Counted from the first letter of the stretch, positions 48,672-58,772 are shown. The stretch: DNA of 64,000 nt from an uncultured Acidobacteriaceae bacterium (GCA_963819055.1 CAWFUT010000020.1:7561-71560); one strand, 5' to 3'. The notes: generated from the letters alone by a model not told the origin. Made by a program: numbers and translations.

Positions 48672-49352
48672 TTATCCTCCCAGTGCAATGGCGACTCCCA
48701 CCAATACCAGCCCGATCAGCATAGTGCACAATCCCGTGAGCCAGGGAGATACGCGGTTGTACTTTCCCCAGGTCACTCCGACCGCGAACAACAACGCGAG
48801 CATCAAGGCGTTCGACACGCGCAACGCGAAGCGGGGATCGTGCCGGATGATGAGGAAGGGAATCGCCGCCGGGAAGACCGCGGTGAAGTCAATCCAGAAG
48901 ATGGCGATCGAGCCCAGGATGTCTTCGCGGGTGACATTTTCTTCGGGCAAGTGAATTTTCGACAGCACCGGTACCAGAAGGCGCGAGATGTGAGCTCGAT
49001 CTTCGTCGCTGGTCTCAGGCTCAAGCAACGGGTCCAGTTGGCCGCTGAGAGTAGAGAACGCCTCAAGTTCAGAGGCAGCGTGCCGGATTCTCAGCAGAAA
49101 TTTCCGGCGCTGGCGGCGTTCGGTCAAGCTGCCCATGATGTAGAGCGCGCCGTCAATCACTCCCCACGCGACATTACAGCCCAACGCCGCGAAAAGCAGA
49201 TGACGCACCGCCTGTTCCCCGGTACCGGCGGTGAAACCCGCAATCAGGGTGAAGTCGAGCACCATGATCAGCCCGCACAGAACTTCTTCCAGCCGGTCCG
49301 ACGGATCAAGGTGACGCTCGGCAAATCGCTGCTTACGCTTCGCTGTTGTCAA
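48672..49352 (-). CDS. VIT1/CCC1-family (iron/manganese transporter-like) membrane protein
   Basis: The overall layout has two N-terminal TM helices, a central soluble acidic helical region, and three C-terminal TM helices ending in G-rich GLVLVGVAIALGG. The family call is from memory. Confidence 0.55.
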   Translation of the reverse strand: MTTAKRKQRFAERHLDPSDRLEEVLCGLIMVLDFTLIAGFTAGTGEQAVRHLLFAALGCNVAWGVIDGALYIMGSLTERRQRRKFLLRIRHAASELEAFSTLSGQLDPLLEPETSDEDRAHISRLLVPVLSKIHLPEENVTREDILGSIAIFWIDFTAVFPAAIPFLIIRHDPRFALRVSNALMLALLFAVGVTWGKYNRVSPWLTGLCTMLIGLVLVGVAIALGG

Positions 49353-49546
49353 TGCAAACCTCTTGTCGCGGTGATCAAGGCTATCATCTTGTGATCGTCG
49401 CTAAGCGGCAGAATCCTCGAATCATAGCCGCAGGGTACATTGGCCGCGACAGCGCGGTCTGTGACAAAGACTTTCCCAACACGCAGAAATACCCACACCG
49501 GCAACCAAACACCGGTGTGGGTATTGCGAATCGAGCTGGGTGGTAT

Positions 49547-51232
49547 TTAGTCCCCGCCCGGTCCGTTATGACAGTCGTAGCAGGTGACCTTGTCACCCGG
49601 GTTGTAGGTTTTGTGCCCGCCGTCGTCGATGTTGAAACTCCGCGCCGCTGTAACTTGCGACAGGAAGCTTCCGCGATAATCCGAGCCGTGACAGTAAGCA
49701 CATTGGCCTGCGCCGCCCTGGTCCACATAGTGACCGTGGCTGTTGACCCACGATTGGCCGACTGTATGCACGCCGTGAGGGCCGCTATTTAAGCTGACCG
49801 GCAACTGCGTGTGACAGACGGTGCACTCCGCTATTTTTCCTGGATGCCCCTGTAGGCCTTGACTGTAAAGATTGTCGTTGGCCTGCAAGGTGGGGAACTC
49901 CGCGTGTGGAGAGCCGTGGCAGCCGGAGCAGTACATCTGACCATGTCCGGAGCTGTAACGGTACAGGTTGGTATTCGGCTGAGGGCGGTTGGGGTTGGTA
50001 GCGAAAGTTGGATCGGTGGAGACTCTCCAATGGCCCGGAGAATCGAACGTGGTTGTGAACCGCTGGCTGTTAGTGTGGCACATCTGGCAGGAAGGCAGAT
50101 CCAGCCACCCGCGACGCGCGGGATTTCCTACCAGTGTCAGGTTGCCGTGACAGTTCTGGCAGGTGGTGTTGTGCATCGCTCCGCGCTCGCATCGAGTCTG
50201 CTCTCCCGGATGGCAGAGGTAGCACGACTTCAAAGGATCAGTCTGATTGTCGAGGCTTTGGCCGTTATCCAGATTGATCTGCGGCCCGTGCAGGCTATGC
50301 ATGGCCGAGGTCATCGACCGGACCCCCGGCAGCCCCGGCGCTCCCAAGGCGTTAGTGGAGTGACATGAAGCGCACAACACCGAAGTCCCCGATTTGGCCG
50401 TTCGATACAGCGTTATCTGATAGAGGTAGCCTCTACCGCGCAGCTGCGGAAGATAGCGCATGATCTGAAAGCGATCGTCATGTTTCTTCAAGATGTTAAG
50501 CTTCACGTCCTTGGCAGGGTCGGGATCGTTCTCCCATCCTGAAGCCGGCTTGGCATAAGGATCGCTGTTGGAAGCGTGACATTTGCTGCAACTCATCTCG
50601 TCGCTCACCGAGAGAACGATGTTGGCCGTGGCCAGCACATTACCGCCACTATCACGCGCCACGATCTTGGCCATCGAGAACGGATTTCGATTGCCTTGAT
50701 CGTCATAGGGCATGGTAGGAATGCCGTCTGCGGTCCAGTATTTGTTGGTGGCATCGTAGGTGAGCGGATGAGGCGTGAGATTCTGAACGGAGTTGCCGGT
50801 TAAGCCGATGTCTGGTGGAGGGCTGACGAGAAATAGCACCCGCACCCAACTCCAGAAGTTTGTCTTCGTCGAGCTGATGGTGTTAAGCGAGCCGCTGGGG
50901 TCGGCGACTGCTTCGTACGTGATCGTCACGCCGCTGGTGATTCGCTGTGGCGGCTCTCCCATCTGGATTAATTGGGCGTGAATAATGTTATAGGGCGGCA
51001 GTACGGCGAACACGGAGTAGTCTTTGCCGTCCATGCAGTGCATCCCCAGTTCACTCCAGGCGAGAAGCTTGTAGCTAGCGGGAAGCGCCGCGTTTTGTCC
51101 GGGAGCATTCGACTGTTTGGAATGGGAATTGGAATTTTCGGCTGGGCTGGCCGGAGAACTCGCCCATGCGGCGCCGCCCGAGCACAGCAGTGCACCGAGC
51201 AGCAGGAGCAAAACAGTAACGCGAAATCGCAT
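49547..51232 (-). CDS. Secreted nonaheme c-type cytochrome
   Basis: GGAGG lies 7 nt upstream of the ATG at 51232 (MRFRVTVLLLLLGALLCSGGAAWA). Nine CxxCH motifs are present: CSKCH, CASCH, CYLCH, CQNCH, CQMCH, CSGCH, CTVCH, CAYCH and CYDCH. Confidence 0.85.
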   Translation of the reverse strand: MRFRVTVLLLLLGALLCSGGAAWASSPASPAENSNSHSKQSNAPGQNAALPASYKLLAWSELGMHCMDGKDYSVFAVLPPYNIIHAQLIQMGEPPQRITSGVTITYEAVADPSGSLNTISSTKTNFWSWVRVLFLVSPPPDIGLTGNSVQNLTPHPLTYDATNKYWTADGIPTMPYDDQGNRNPFSMAKIVARDSGGNVLATANIVLSVSDEMSCSKCHASNSDPYAKPASGWENDPDPAKDVKLNILKKHDDRFQIMRYLPQLRGRGYLYQITLYRTAKSGTSVLCASCHSTNALGAPGLPGVRSMTSAMHSLHGPQINLDNGQSLDNQTDPLKSCYLCHPGEQTRCERGAMHNTTCQNCHGNLTLVGNPARRGWLDLPSCQMCHTNSQRFTTTFDSPGHWRVSTDPTFATNPNRPQPNTNLYRYSSGHGQMYCSGCHGSPHAEFPTLQANDNLYSQGLQGHPGKIAECTVCHTQLPVSLNSGPHGVHTVGQSWVNSHGHYVDQGGAGQCAYCHGSDYRGSFLSQVTAARSFNIDDGGHKTYNPGDKVTCYDCHNGPGGD

Positions 51233-51645
51233 CGATACCTCCACACGCAGGCGCGTGGCTGACAAGGTTTGCGACGAAAGAGCACGAGGAAGAAATCTTA
51301 TTGACGAAAGCGCTACTCGAAGAGTGGCGTCAGGACTGCAGTACGGCTGGAAAAACTTTAGAAGGACTGTAAAAGAGCTTGAAAATCGGCAGTGTGATGC
51401 ACGTCACACCACCGCGTGATAAGGAGTTTGCAGTCTTACGGGAGTTCTGCGCTCGAACGCTCGGTCGTAGCGCGTAAGTTCACGGTGAAAGGAACGTTAT
51501 TGAATTGTGCAGTTGCTGCCGATGGGCGTCGGCACTTTTTGTCGTGAACAAGATGTCATCTGCGGGAGAGCTGGATGTCAGAGAAATCGTTGTGCCAATA
51601 CCCCAGGGACCATTGGAGGGTGGTTTAGCAAGGAGGGGAGGAAAG

Positions 51646-54147
51646 TTAGTGCCCAGCCTGACTTCTTTCAGCGAGGAATTTATCCCGGCAGGCCTTCGCC
51701 TCCGACAGCAACGCCGAATACTCGGGCGAGTTGTGCAGCGACGCGAGCAAGGAGTCTTTCTGCAGGGCGTCGTAGGAGCAGTAGTTGCCTTCGATGGCGG
51801 ACTTGAGTAGCCGCACCGCCGCATCCGTCTCGCCGCAGTACGCCATATCGGTGGCGAACAGATAGCGGTTCTCCGGATCTGGGTTGGATAACAGCAAAGC
51901 CTCGCCGTCGCGAAAAGCATGGTCCGATTCTGAAATCGTAGGCTGGCTGGTGGAAGGCCGCGCGAAGCAGGCCTCAAAGAAGTCTTTTCGCTGGTCCGCT
52001 GGCAGGTCTTTCAAAGCAGAGCGCGCCTCGTCGAGCTTGCCCTCTCGCAAGAGAATGCGCACAACGTTGGCATGGTAAAAACTCGATCCCGCATCCAGCC
52101 GGATGAAGTCCATCGCGCGTTGCGGATTTCCCATCTGGCTGAAGGTGAAGGAGCACGCCCGCATCAGATAGTTTCCCGGATCCAGTGTGATCGCGTCTTC
52201 ACAGGCCTTTGCCGACTCGTCCAGCAGTCCGGCATAGCGAAGGACATACCCCAGCACGAAGTGAGAGACAGCGTTCTTTGGCTGCCGCTGTACAAAGGTC
52301 TCCGCATCCTGGTAGGCCTTGAGCAGTTCGCCGCGCTCGGTGCGATTCGCCACGCTCTGGCCCAGCGCGATGGTCAGATTAGGATCGAGCACCAGCGCCC
52401 GTTCCAGGGCAGCATTCGATTTCTGCATCATCGCCTCGCCGCCGCCGCCGTACTGCGAATCCAGGTAGTAGCGGCGTCCCAGATTGCCCCATGCCGGAGC
52501 GTAGTTGGGGTCGAGACCCACCACCTGCTCCAGCATCGCGATGCCTTCTTTATTAGGGCCGGGATCATGCGGCAATGCCAGGCTGCGCAGGTAAAGATCG
52601 TAAGCTTCTTCGTTGCTGGGACGGGTGCTCGCCTCTGTACCCTCTACGCTCGCACCCAGGGCTGGAATCATGCCCTGTCTCACCTGATCCGTGATCTTTG
52701 CTTGCGTGGCAATCATATCGGCGGCGGCCACGTTGAGCGTGTCGCGCCAGAGTTCGCGATTGTTTTCTACATCCACTGCTTCCAGCGTGATCTGAAGCTG
52801 ATCGCCCTCCTTGATGAAGTGTCCGGTGACAATATCGCTGACCTTCATCTCACGGCCCACCTGTTGCAGGTCAATACCGGCGGCGGTGTACTTACTGGTC
52901 GTCGCAAAAGGACGAATCGACAACGAATGTACATAGCTCAACGCGGTAGCAATTTCGTCGGGCAACGCAAGCCGCAGATAGTCCGTTTCCTTGTCGGAGC
53001 CCATGTTCTGAAAGGGAAGCACGGCGACCGTCGTGGGGTTGGAGGCGCTGGCGGTTGTCGCGCCGTGTCGGCGCGATTGCCAGAAGAATACGGCCGCGCC
53101 GAACACTACCACGGCAGCGACAATTGCGGCGACCTTCAGGTAGGTCCGGCTCTGCGCCGGAGGTGCAATAGCGCTCTCGGGTCGTATGGCAGAGGATGCT
53201 GATTGCCGGCTCGAACTCGCTGGGGCCGGCGATGAGGCTGACTCCACCTCGCGCGCGACTGAAGAAAGAAGACGTCCGCTGTCGGTGTCGCGCTTCAGTC
53301 GTTTCAGATCGGCGCGTAGATCCGAAGCATGCTGATAGCGCAGCTCGCGATCTTTCTCCAGTGCCTTGCTGATCGCAGAGTCCAAGCCCCGCGAAACCTG
53401 CGGATTCACTTGCGACGCTGGTGGAGGCTCGTCTCGCAGAATGGCGCTGCAAATTTCGCCCGAACTCGATCCGTCGAACGGCATCCTGCCTGTCGCCATC
53501 TCGTATAGCACCGCTCCAAACGAGAACAAGTCGGTGCGCGAGTCGACATCTTTGGCGCGCACCTGCTCGGGCGACATGTAAGCTACCGTGCCCAGCATCG
53601 CTCCGGGACTGGTCAGGTGCTGCGGCTCCGACTCGGCGATGCGAGTCTCCAACTCCGCACCCGATGCCACGCTTTTGCCAGTCACCTTCGCCAGCCCAAA
53701 GTCGAGAATCTTGGCGTGACCGCGCCGAGTCACGAAGATGTTCGCCGGCTTGATGTCGCGATGAATAATGCCTTCTCCGTGGGCCGCATCGAGGGCGTCG
53801 GCAATCTCCGTGCCGAGATCAAGCAGATGCTCTATGTCCATCGGCGCGCCGGCAATCTGGTGCTTCAGGGTCACGCCGTCAAGGAACTCCATGGCAATGA
53901 AGGCCTGGCCAGCTTCTTCGCCGATGTCGTAAATGGTGCAGATGTTGGGATGATTCAGCGCGGAGGCGGCGCGCGCCTCCCGGCGAAAACGTTCCAGCGC
54001 CTGCGGATCGCGGGCTACGTCGTCAGGGAGAAACTTCAGCGCAACAAAGCGGCCGAGGCGGGTGTCCTCGGCTTTGTAAACCACGCCCATCCCGCCACCA
54101 CCGAGTTTTTCAATGATGCGGTAGTGCGAGATCGTAGTTCCGATCAT
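51646..54147 (-). CDS. Ser/Thr protein kinase with one TM helix and a C-terminal TPR-containing extracytoplasmic region
   Basis: The Hanks motifs are [29 protein letters not shown] and SPEQ. The TM helix is [18 protein letters not shown], followed by TPR-like repeats. Confidence 0.9.
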   Translation of the reverse strand: MIGTTISHYRIIEKLGGGGMGVVYKAEDTRLGRFVALKFLPDDVARDPQALERFRREARAASALNHPNICTIYDIGEEAGQAFIAMEFLDGVTLKHQIAGAPMDIEHLLDLGTEIADALDAAHGEGIIHRDIKPANIFVTRRGHAKILDFGLAKVTGKSVASGAELETRIAESEPQHLTSPGAMLGTVAYMSPEQVRAKDVDSRTDLFSFGAVLYEMATGRMPFDGSSSGEICSAILRDEPPPASQVNPQVSRGLDSAISKALEKDRELRYQHASDLRADLKRLKRDTDSGRLLSSVAREVESASSPAPASSSRQSASSAIRPESAIAPPAQSRTYLKVAAIVAAVVVFGAAVFFWQSRRHGATTASASNPTTVAVLPFQNMGSDKETDYLRLALPDEIATALSYVHSLSIRPFATTSKYTAAGIDLQQVGREMKVSDIVTGHFIKEGDQLQITLEAVDVENNRELWRDTLNVAAADMIATQAKITDQVRQGMIPALGASVEGTEASTRPSNEEAYDLYLRSLALPHDPGPNKEGIAMLEQVVGLDPNYAPAWGNLGRRYYLDSQYGGGGEAMMQKSNAALERALVLDPNLTIALGQSVANRTERGELLKAYQDAETFVQRQPKNAVSHFVLGYVLRYAGLLDESAKACEDAITLDPGNYLMRACSFTFSQMGNPQRAMDFIRLDAGSSFYHANVVRILLREGKLDEARSALKDLPADQRKDFFEACFARPSTSQPTISESDHAFRDGEALLLSNPDPENRYLFATDMAYCGETDAAVRLLKSAIEGNYCSYDALQKDSLLASLHNSPEYSALLSEAKACRDKFLAERSQAGH

Positions 54148-54200
54148 GGCTTAAGGGCGCTGAAATGAATGCCTGATGATAGGGTGCGGCTGGCCGGGCG

Positions 54201-54515
54201 TCAATTCTTTGCCCCATCCGCCGCCCTACGGCGAGCGATGCGCCATATCGCCAGCAGTACGATCGCCCCGATCAGCGAGAGGAAGAAGCCGGGAACCTGG
54301 CCGCGATGCCACCAACCAAACTGGCGCCCTACCAGGGCACCGAAGATCGCACCGCCCACGCCGACCAGCGTGGTGCCGATGAAACTTCTGGGGGTCCGGC
54401 CAGGCAGGAGGAGCTCGGCACACATGCCGACAATCCAGCCGATCAGGAGCACGATAAGGATGAAGATCACATCCTTCTGGGTGAAGCTTGCCGCGGAAAC
54501 CAGGTGGACAGTCAT
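54201..54515 (-). CDS. GlsB/YeaQ/YmgE-family (transglycosylase-associated) small membrane protein
   Basis: It has three Gly-rich TM segments (ILIVLLIGWIVG, GTTLVGVGGAIFGALVG, FFLSLIGAIVLLAIW). Confidence 0.75.
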   Translation of the reverse strand: MTVHLVSAASFTQKDVIFILIVLLIGWIVGMCAELLLPGRTPRSFIGTTLVGVGGAIFGALVGRQFGWWHRGQVPGFFLSLIGAIVLLAIWRIARRRAADGAKN

Positions 54516-54828
54516 ATCAGTAGATGATGTGAAAACCTGAACCGTAGTCTAACAATATGGCAACGCGGGTATGGTTACTTCCGATTCTCAGGCCGGAGCG
54601 CCGGACTTGCGCTCCCTCAACGGGCTCTCATCAGGCGCGGTCCAGTTTTCCTCATAATCCACACAAATCCACATTGCTGCACCATTAATAGGCGTTGAAT
54701 GCAGTGTGCCCGGGGGCTAGAGTCCGGAACAGATTCCGCACCGCGGAAAAGGGGGCTGGGAACTCATTGGCGGGGCAGGATTTCGGCTGGGGGGGTTACC
54801 ATGCAGATTCCCGATTGGGATGGTAAAA

Positions 54829-54881
54829 TAACAATATATGGTATTCGCCTCTTGACATCCACAAGATGTCGGGCGTAACTT
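54829..54881 (+). promoter_or_regulatory. Candidate nrdJ promoter (TTGACA-N18-TAACTT) bracketed by two NrdR-box-like sites
   Basis: Box 1, ACAATATATGGT (54831-54842), matches 11 of 12 inner positions of the remembered NrdR consensus aCwAtATaTwGt. A weaker box, CCACAAGATGTCGGGC, is centred 30 bp downstream. The -35 element TTGACA is at 54852-54857. Confidence 0.35.
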
Positions 54882-55427
54882 CACCTTCACATTTGGGAAT
54901 TTGAGGAAGTGCTGGAAGACTCCCTCCCCCGTAGCGGCCGTCGCGGACCGAGGTGATCCGAGGCGGCGAAAGAGTAGTAAGCCGGGCGTCCGGGCGACCT
55001 GGGTTCCCGGTTCACGTTGGGCCCTTGCAGCTGAATTCTCCTTCGGTTTCGGCACGCGGCAGCAGCGAAGCAGCTTGACCAAGGCAGTAGGAACGACAGG
55101 CCCCGCCCCATCGCGTTGCGCTGGGGTATCGACCGACGAAGTCATCGCCTAGACGATGACAACTGCGGTGCTCCTCAATAGCGTTTTCCCGGCTATTGAG
55201 GGACGTAGCTCCTTTCCAAGTCCGATCAACCCGTCGCGGCCCACCCCGCGTCGGAATAGTTTGCGGTGACATTTACCCCGGGGGCTTCTTCTCTGCGAGC
55301 AATACGCCAGCGAGAGAAGAGGCCCCCGACATCGTCTGCGGAAGAAAAGCAACGAGCAACGAGCTACTAGCAACAACGAATATTGGAACGCATTCATAAC
55401 GAACTCATAACTCCCCAGGAGCGACAC

Positions 55428-58400
55428 ATGGCCGACATCACCACCAGCACCACCACCACGACGAGCGCCGCCGTCACCAAGACGACGAAGAAGGCGCCCG
55501 GCCTGACTTTCAAGCGCTACTTCACCACTGCCGGCGTCTCGCCTTACGACGAGCTCGAGTGGGAACTCCGTCTGGCGCAGATCACCGACTCGCAGGGCGG
55601 CATCATCTTCGAGCAGAAAGATGTCGAGGTCCCCAAGGACTGGTCGATGACGGCGACCAACATTGTCGCCAGCAAATATCTGCACGGCCAGATCGGCACG
55701 CCTGAGCGCGAGAGCGGTGTGCGCGCCCTGGTCACCCGCGTGGCTGAGACCATTCGCGACTGGGGCATGGCCGGCGGCTACTTCCGCACGCCCGAAGACG
55801 CAGCCATCTTCCACGACGAGCTCGCACACCTGCTGGTGCAGCAGAAGGCGGCCTTCAATTCGCCGGTATGGTTCAACGTTGGCTGCGACCGCATCGAGCC
55901 TAACTCCGACGCGCAGAATTGGCACTGGAATCCGCAAGCCCAGCGTGTCGAGTACGGCGTTACCGGATACAAGACGCCGCAGTGTTCGGCCTGCTTCATC
56001 AACTCGGTACACGATTCGCTGGACTCCATCCTGACGCTGGCCAAGACCGAAGGCATGCTCTTCAAGTGGGGTTCGGGCACGGGCACCAACCTGTCGCCGC
56101 TGCGCTCCTCCACCGAGTCGCTCTCCGGGGGCGGTACCGCTTCCGGCCCGCTCAGCTTCATGAAAGGTTTCGACGCTTTTGCCGGCGTCATCAAGTCGGG
56201 CGGCAAGACGCGTCGCGCCGCCAAGATGGTCATCCTCAACATCGACCATCCCGACATCAACGAGTTCATCGAGTGCAAGCGTAAGGAAGAAGCCAAGGCC
56301 TGGGCGCTTATCGAGCAAGGCTATGACGGCAGCAGTCCCGATAGCGATGCCTACTCGTCCATCTTCTTCCAGAACGCCAACAACTCCGTGCGCGTGACCG
56401 ACGACTTCATGTACGCCGTGCTGCGCGACGCCGAGTTCCAGACGCACGCCGTCAAGGATGGCCGTCCCGTCCAGACCTTCAAGGCCAAGGATCTGCTGCA
56501 CAAGATTTCCGACGCCACCTGGCATTGCGGCGATCCCGGCATGCAGTACGACACCACGGTCAATCGCTGGCACACGTCGAAGAATACCGCTCGCATCAAC
56601 GCGTCGAATCCCTGCAGCGAGTACATGTTCCTCGACGACTCGGCCTGCAACCTGGCCAGCCTGAACCTGCTGAAGTTCGCGCCCAACGGGACGTTCGACG
56701 TGGAAGCCTATCGCCATGCCTGCGCCGTCATCATCACCGCGCAGGAGATCCTGGTCGACAACAGCGGCTATCCGACGCAGGCCATCGCGAAGAACTCGCA
56801 CGACTATCGTCCGCTCGGCATGGGCTATGCCAACCTGGGCGCGCTGCTTATGGCCTCGGGCCTGCCCTACGACTCCGATGCCGGACGCGACTACGCGGCC
56901 TGCGTGACGGCCATCATGTGCGGCGAAGCCTATCTACAGTCGTCGAAGATCGCCGAACTCTGCCAGCCGCTCTCGCCCGCGAGCGATACATGCATTCGGG
57001 AGTTGGCCGAAGTTTGGGGTGGAGAAGAGTCGGGTATGGAAGGCTCGGGTAGAGCTGGCCTTCAGTCCGATTTTTCTGGCCCCAGAGCCGGGCTTAAGCC
57101 CGGCGATACAAATGGGGAGGGCCTTGACGCGACCCTGAAGGGTCGCTCTACCAGTGATGCGACGAGCGGTCGCTCTACCAGTGATGCGATGAGCGGTCGC
57201 TCTACCAGTGATGCGACGAGCGGTCGCTCTACCAGTGATGCGACGAGCGGTCGCTCTACCGGTGACGCGACACGGAGCCACTCGCGCGGCGGCGCCTGTC
57301 CCGGCTGGTACATCAACCGCGAGCCTTTCCTCGACGTGATCCGCATGCATCGCGCGTCGGTGAACAACATCAACCGCAGCAACGTTCCGGCCGCGCTCTA
57401 CGAGGCCAGCAAGGACACCTGGGACGAAGCCCTGAAGCACGGCGAGAAGTTCGGCTACCGCAACGCGCAGGTCACGGTGCTGGCGCCTACGGGCACCATC
57501 GGCTTCATGATGGACTGCGACACCACCGGCATCGAGCCCGACCTGGCGCTGGTGAAATACAAGAAGCTGGTCGGCGGCGGCATGATCAAGATCGTCAACA
57601 ACACCGTGCCCACCGCGCTCTTCAAGCTGGGCTACACCTCCGACCAGACCAACGCCATCGTCAGCTACATCGACGCCACCGGCACCATTGAAGGCGCGCC
57701 CGCCATCAAGGACGAGCACCTGGCCGTCTTCGACTGCTCCTTCAAGCCCACCAAGGGCACGCGCACGATTCACTATCTCGGACACCTGCGCATGATGTCG
57801 GCGGCGCAGCCCTTCATCTCCGGCGCCATCTCCAAGACCATCAACATGCCGGAGAACGCCACGGTGGAAGAGATCAGCGAGGCCTACATCCAGGCCTGGA
57901 AGCTGGGACTGAAGGCCGTAGCCATCTACCGCGACGGATCGAAGAAGGCGCAGCCGCTAAGCTCCATGGGCTCGGCGACAGCGAAGTCGACGAAAGAAAA
58001 CTCTAGTGCCCCACTTACGGCGTCCGGTTTTGACGCCTTAAGTGGGAAACAGGAAGCGATCGACGAGCAGGCCGCGCCACCTAAGGCGATCCGTCATCGT
58101 CTGCCCGAGGAGCGGCTGTCGATCACGCACAAGTTCGCGGTCGGCGGACACGAAGGCTATCTCACCGTCGGCCTCTACAAGGACGGCATGCCGGGCGAGA
58201 TCTTCATCACCATGGCGAAGGAAGGCTCGACCGTCAGCGGCCTGATGGACAGCTTTGCCTGCGCCGTCTCCATCGGCTTGCAGCACGGCGTGCCTCTGAA
58301 GCTGTTGTGCGAGAAGTTCGCGCACACCCGCTTCGAGCCCTCGGGCTGGAGCGGCAACCAGGACATCGGTTACGCCAAGTCGATCATGGATTACATCTTC

Positions 58401-58772
58401 CGCTGGCTGCAGTTGCGCTTCCTTACCGGACAGCAGCAGGCGCTCTTCGACGGCCTGCGTCCGAAGTACGTAAACGCCCCGCCGCCGGGCACCCCGGATG
58501 AGAACGGCCAGAAGACCTTCGGCGATTTCGCGGAGAACGCGGCATCTTCTTCTGAATTGTCATCCCGAGCGGAGCGCAGCGTAGTCGAGGGAACTGCGGT
58601 TGCGGGCAGTGGCAGGAACCCCGGCACGGGCCACCACCACGCCAGTGACGCGCTGAAGGACCTGATCGACCTCGGCGACTCCCCCAGCTGCCACGTCTGC
58701 GGTGCCATCATGACCCGCAACGGCAGCTGCTACCGCTGCATGAGCTGCGGCAGCACGAGCGGGTGCTCGTAG
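55428..58772 (+). CDS. nrdJ: Class II (adenosylcobalamin-dependent) ribonucleotide reductase
   Basis: AGGAG precedes the ATG at 55428. The motifs are SPVWFNVG, ACFI, INASNPCSEYMFLDDSACNLASLNL and APTGTIGFMMDCDTTGIEP. A C-terminal Cys-rich tail is present: CHVCGAIMTRNGSCYRCMSCG. Confidence 0.95.
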   Translation: MADITTSTTTTTSAAVTKTTKKAPGLTFKRYFTTAGVSPYDELEWELRLAQITDSQGGIIFEQKDVEVPKDWSMTATNIVASKYLHGQIGTPERESGVRALVTRVAETIRDWGMAGGYFRTPEDAAIFHDELAHLLVQQKAAFNSPVWFNVGCDRIEPNSDAQNWHWNPQAQRVEYGVTGYKTPQCSACFINSVHDSLDSILTLAKTEGMLFKWGSGTGTNLSPLRSSTESLSGGGTASGPLSFMKGFDAFAGVIKSGGKTRRAAKMVILNIDHPDINEFIECKRKEEAKAWALIEQGYDGSSPDSDAYSSIFFQNANNSVRVTDDFMYAVLRDAEFQTHAVKDGRPVQTFKAKDLLHKISDATWHCGDPGMQYDTTVNRWHTSKNTARINASNPCSEYMFLDDSACNLASLNLLKFAPNGTFDVEAYRHACAVIITAQEILVDNSGYPTQAIAKNSHDYRPLGMGYANLGALLMASGLPYDSDAGRDYAACVTAIMCGEAYLQSSKIAELCQPLSPASDTCIRELAEVWGGEESGMEGSGRAGLQSDFSGPRAGLKPGDTNGEGLDATLKGRSTSDATSGRSTSDAMSGRSTSDATSGRSTSDATSGRSTGDATRSHSRGGACPGWYINREPFLDVIRMHRASVNNINRSNVPAALYEASKDTWDEALKHGEKFGYRNAQVTVLAPTGTIGFMMDCDTTGIEPDLALVKYKKLVGGGMIKIVNNTVPTALFKLGYTSDQTNAIVSYIDATGTIEGAPAIKDEHLAVFDCSFKPTKGTRTIHYLGHLRMMSAAQPFISGAISKTINMPENATVEEISEAYIQAWKLGLKAVAIYRDGSKKAQPLSSMGSATAKSTKENSSAPLTASGFDALSGKQEAIDEQAAPPKAIRHRLPEERLSITHKFAVGGHEGYLTVGLYKDGMPGEIFITMAKEGSTVSGLMDSFACAVSIGLQHGVPLKLLCEKFAHTRFEPSGWSGNQDIGYAKSIMDYIFRWLQLRFLTGQQQALFDGLRPKYVNAPPPGTPDENGQKTFGDFAENAASSSELSSRAERSVVEGTAVAGSGRNPGTGHHHASDALKDLIDLGDSPSCHVCGAIMTRNGSCYRCMSCGSTSGCS
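57141..57275 (+). repeat. Five in-frame 27-bp tandem repeats inside nrdJ
   Basis: ggtcgctctaccagtgatgcgacgagc occurs five times (the last copy is diverged). It encodes GRSTSDATS x5. Each unit contains a GTCGC...GCGAC hairpin. Confidence 0.9.

Noticed and set aside
54882-55427. Cobalamin riboswitch in the nrdJ leader, which is tempting because NrdJ is B12-dependent.
   Set aside because: I could not find the conserved B12-box (AGYCMGGAgaCCkGCC-like) or the GGGAA..GGTG..CCCGCCACTG core. The nearest strings (AAGCCGGGCG..GACCTGGG) are interrupted and out of order. As far as I know, B12 riboswitches precede class I nrd genes rather than nrdJ. I kept only the finding 'structured leader of unknown function'.
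55149-56801. Long minus-strand ORFs opposite real genes: the 550-aa ORF antisense to nrdJ, plus similar cases at 44507..45742, 46850..47830, 13244..14083, 23552..24370, 27938..29005, 14888..15754, 52072..53202, 36341..37174 and 30588..31298.
   Set aside because: Their compositions are Arg/Ala/Gly/Pro-rich and typical of antisense or off-frame reading of high-GC coding DNA. They have no recognisable motifs. In each case the opposite strand carries a gene with clear family signatures.
56960-57290. An intein or mobile insertion in nrdJ.
   Set aside because: There is no Cys/Ser/Thr at an N-extein junction followed by a terminal His-Asn plus Cys/Ser/Thr. There are no homing-endonuclease motifs. 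The insert is low-complexity and repeat-derived, not a folded splicing domain.
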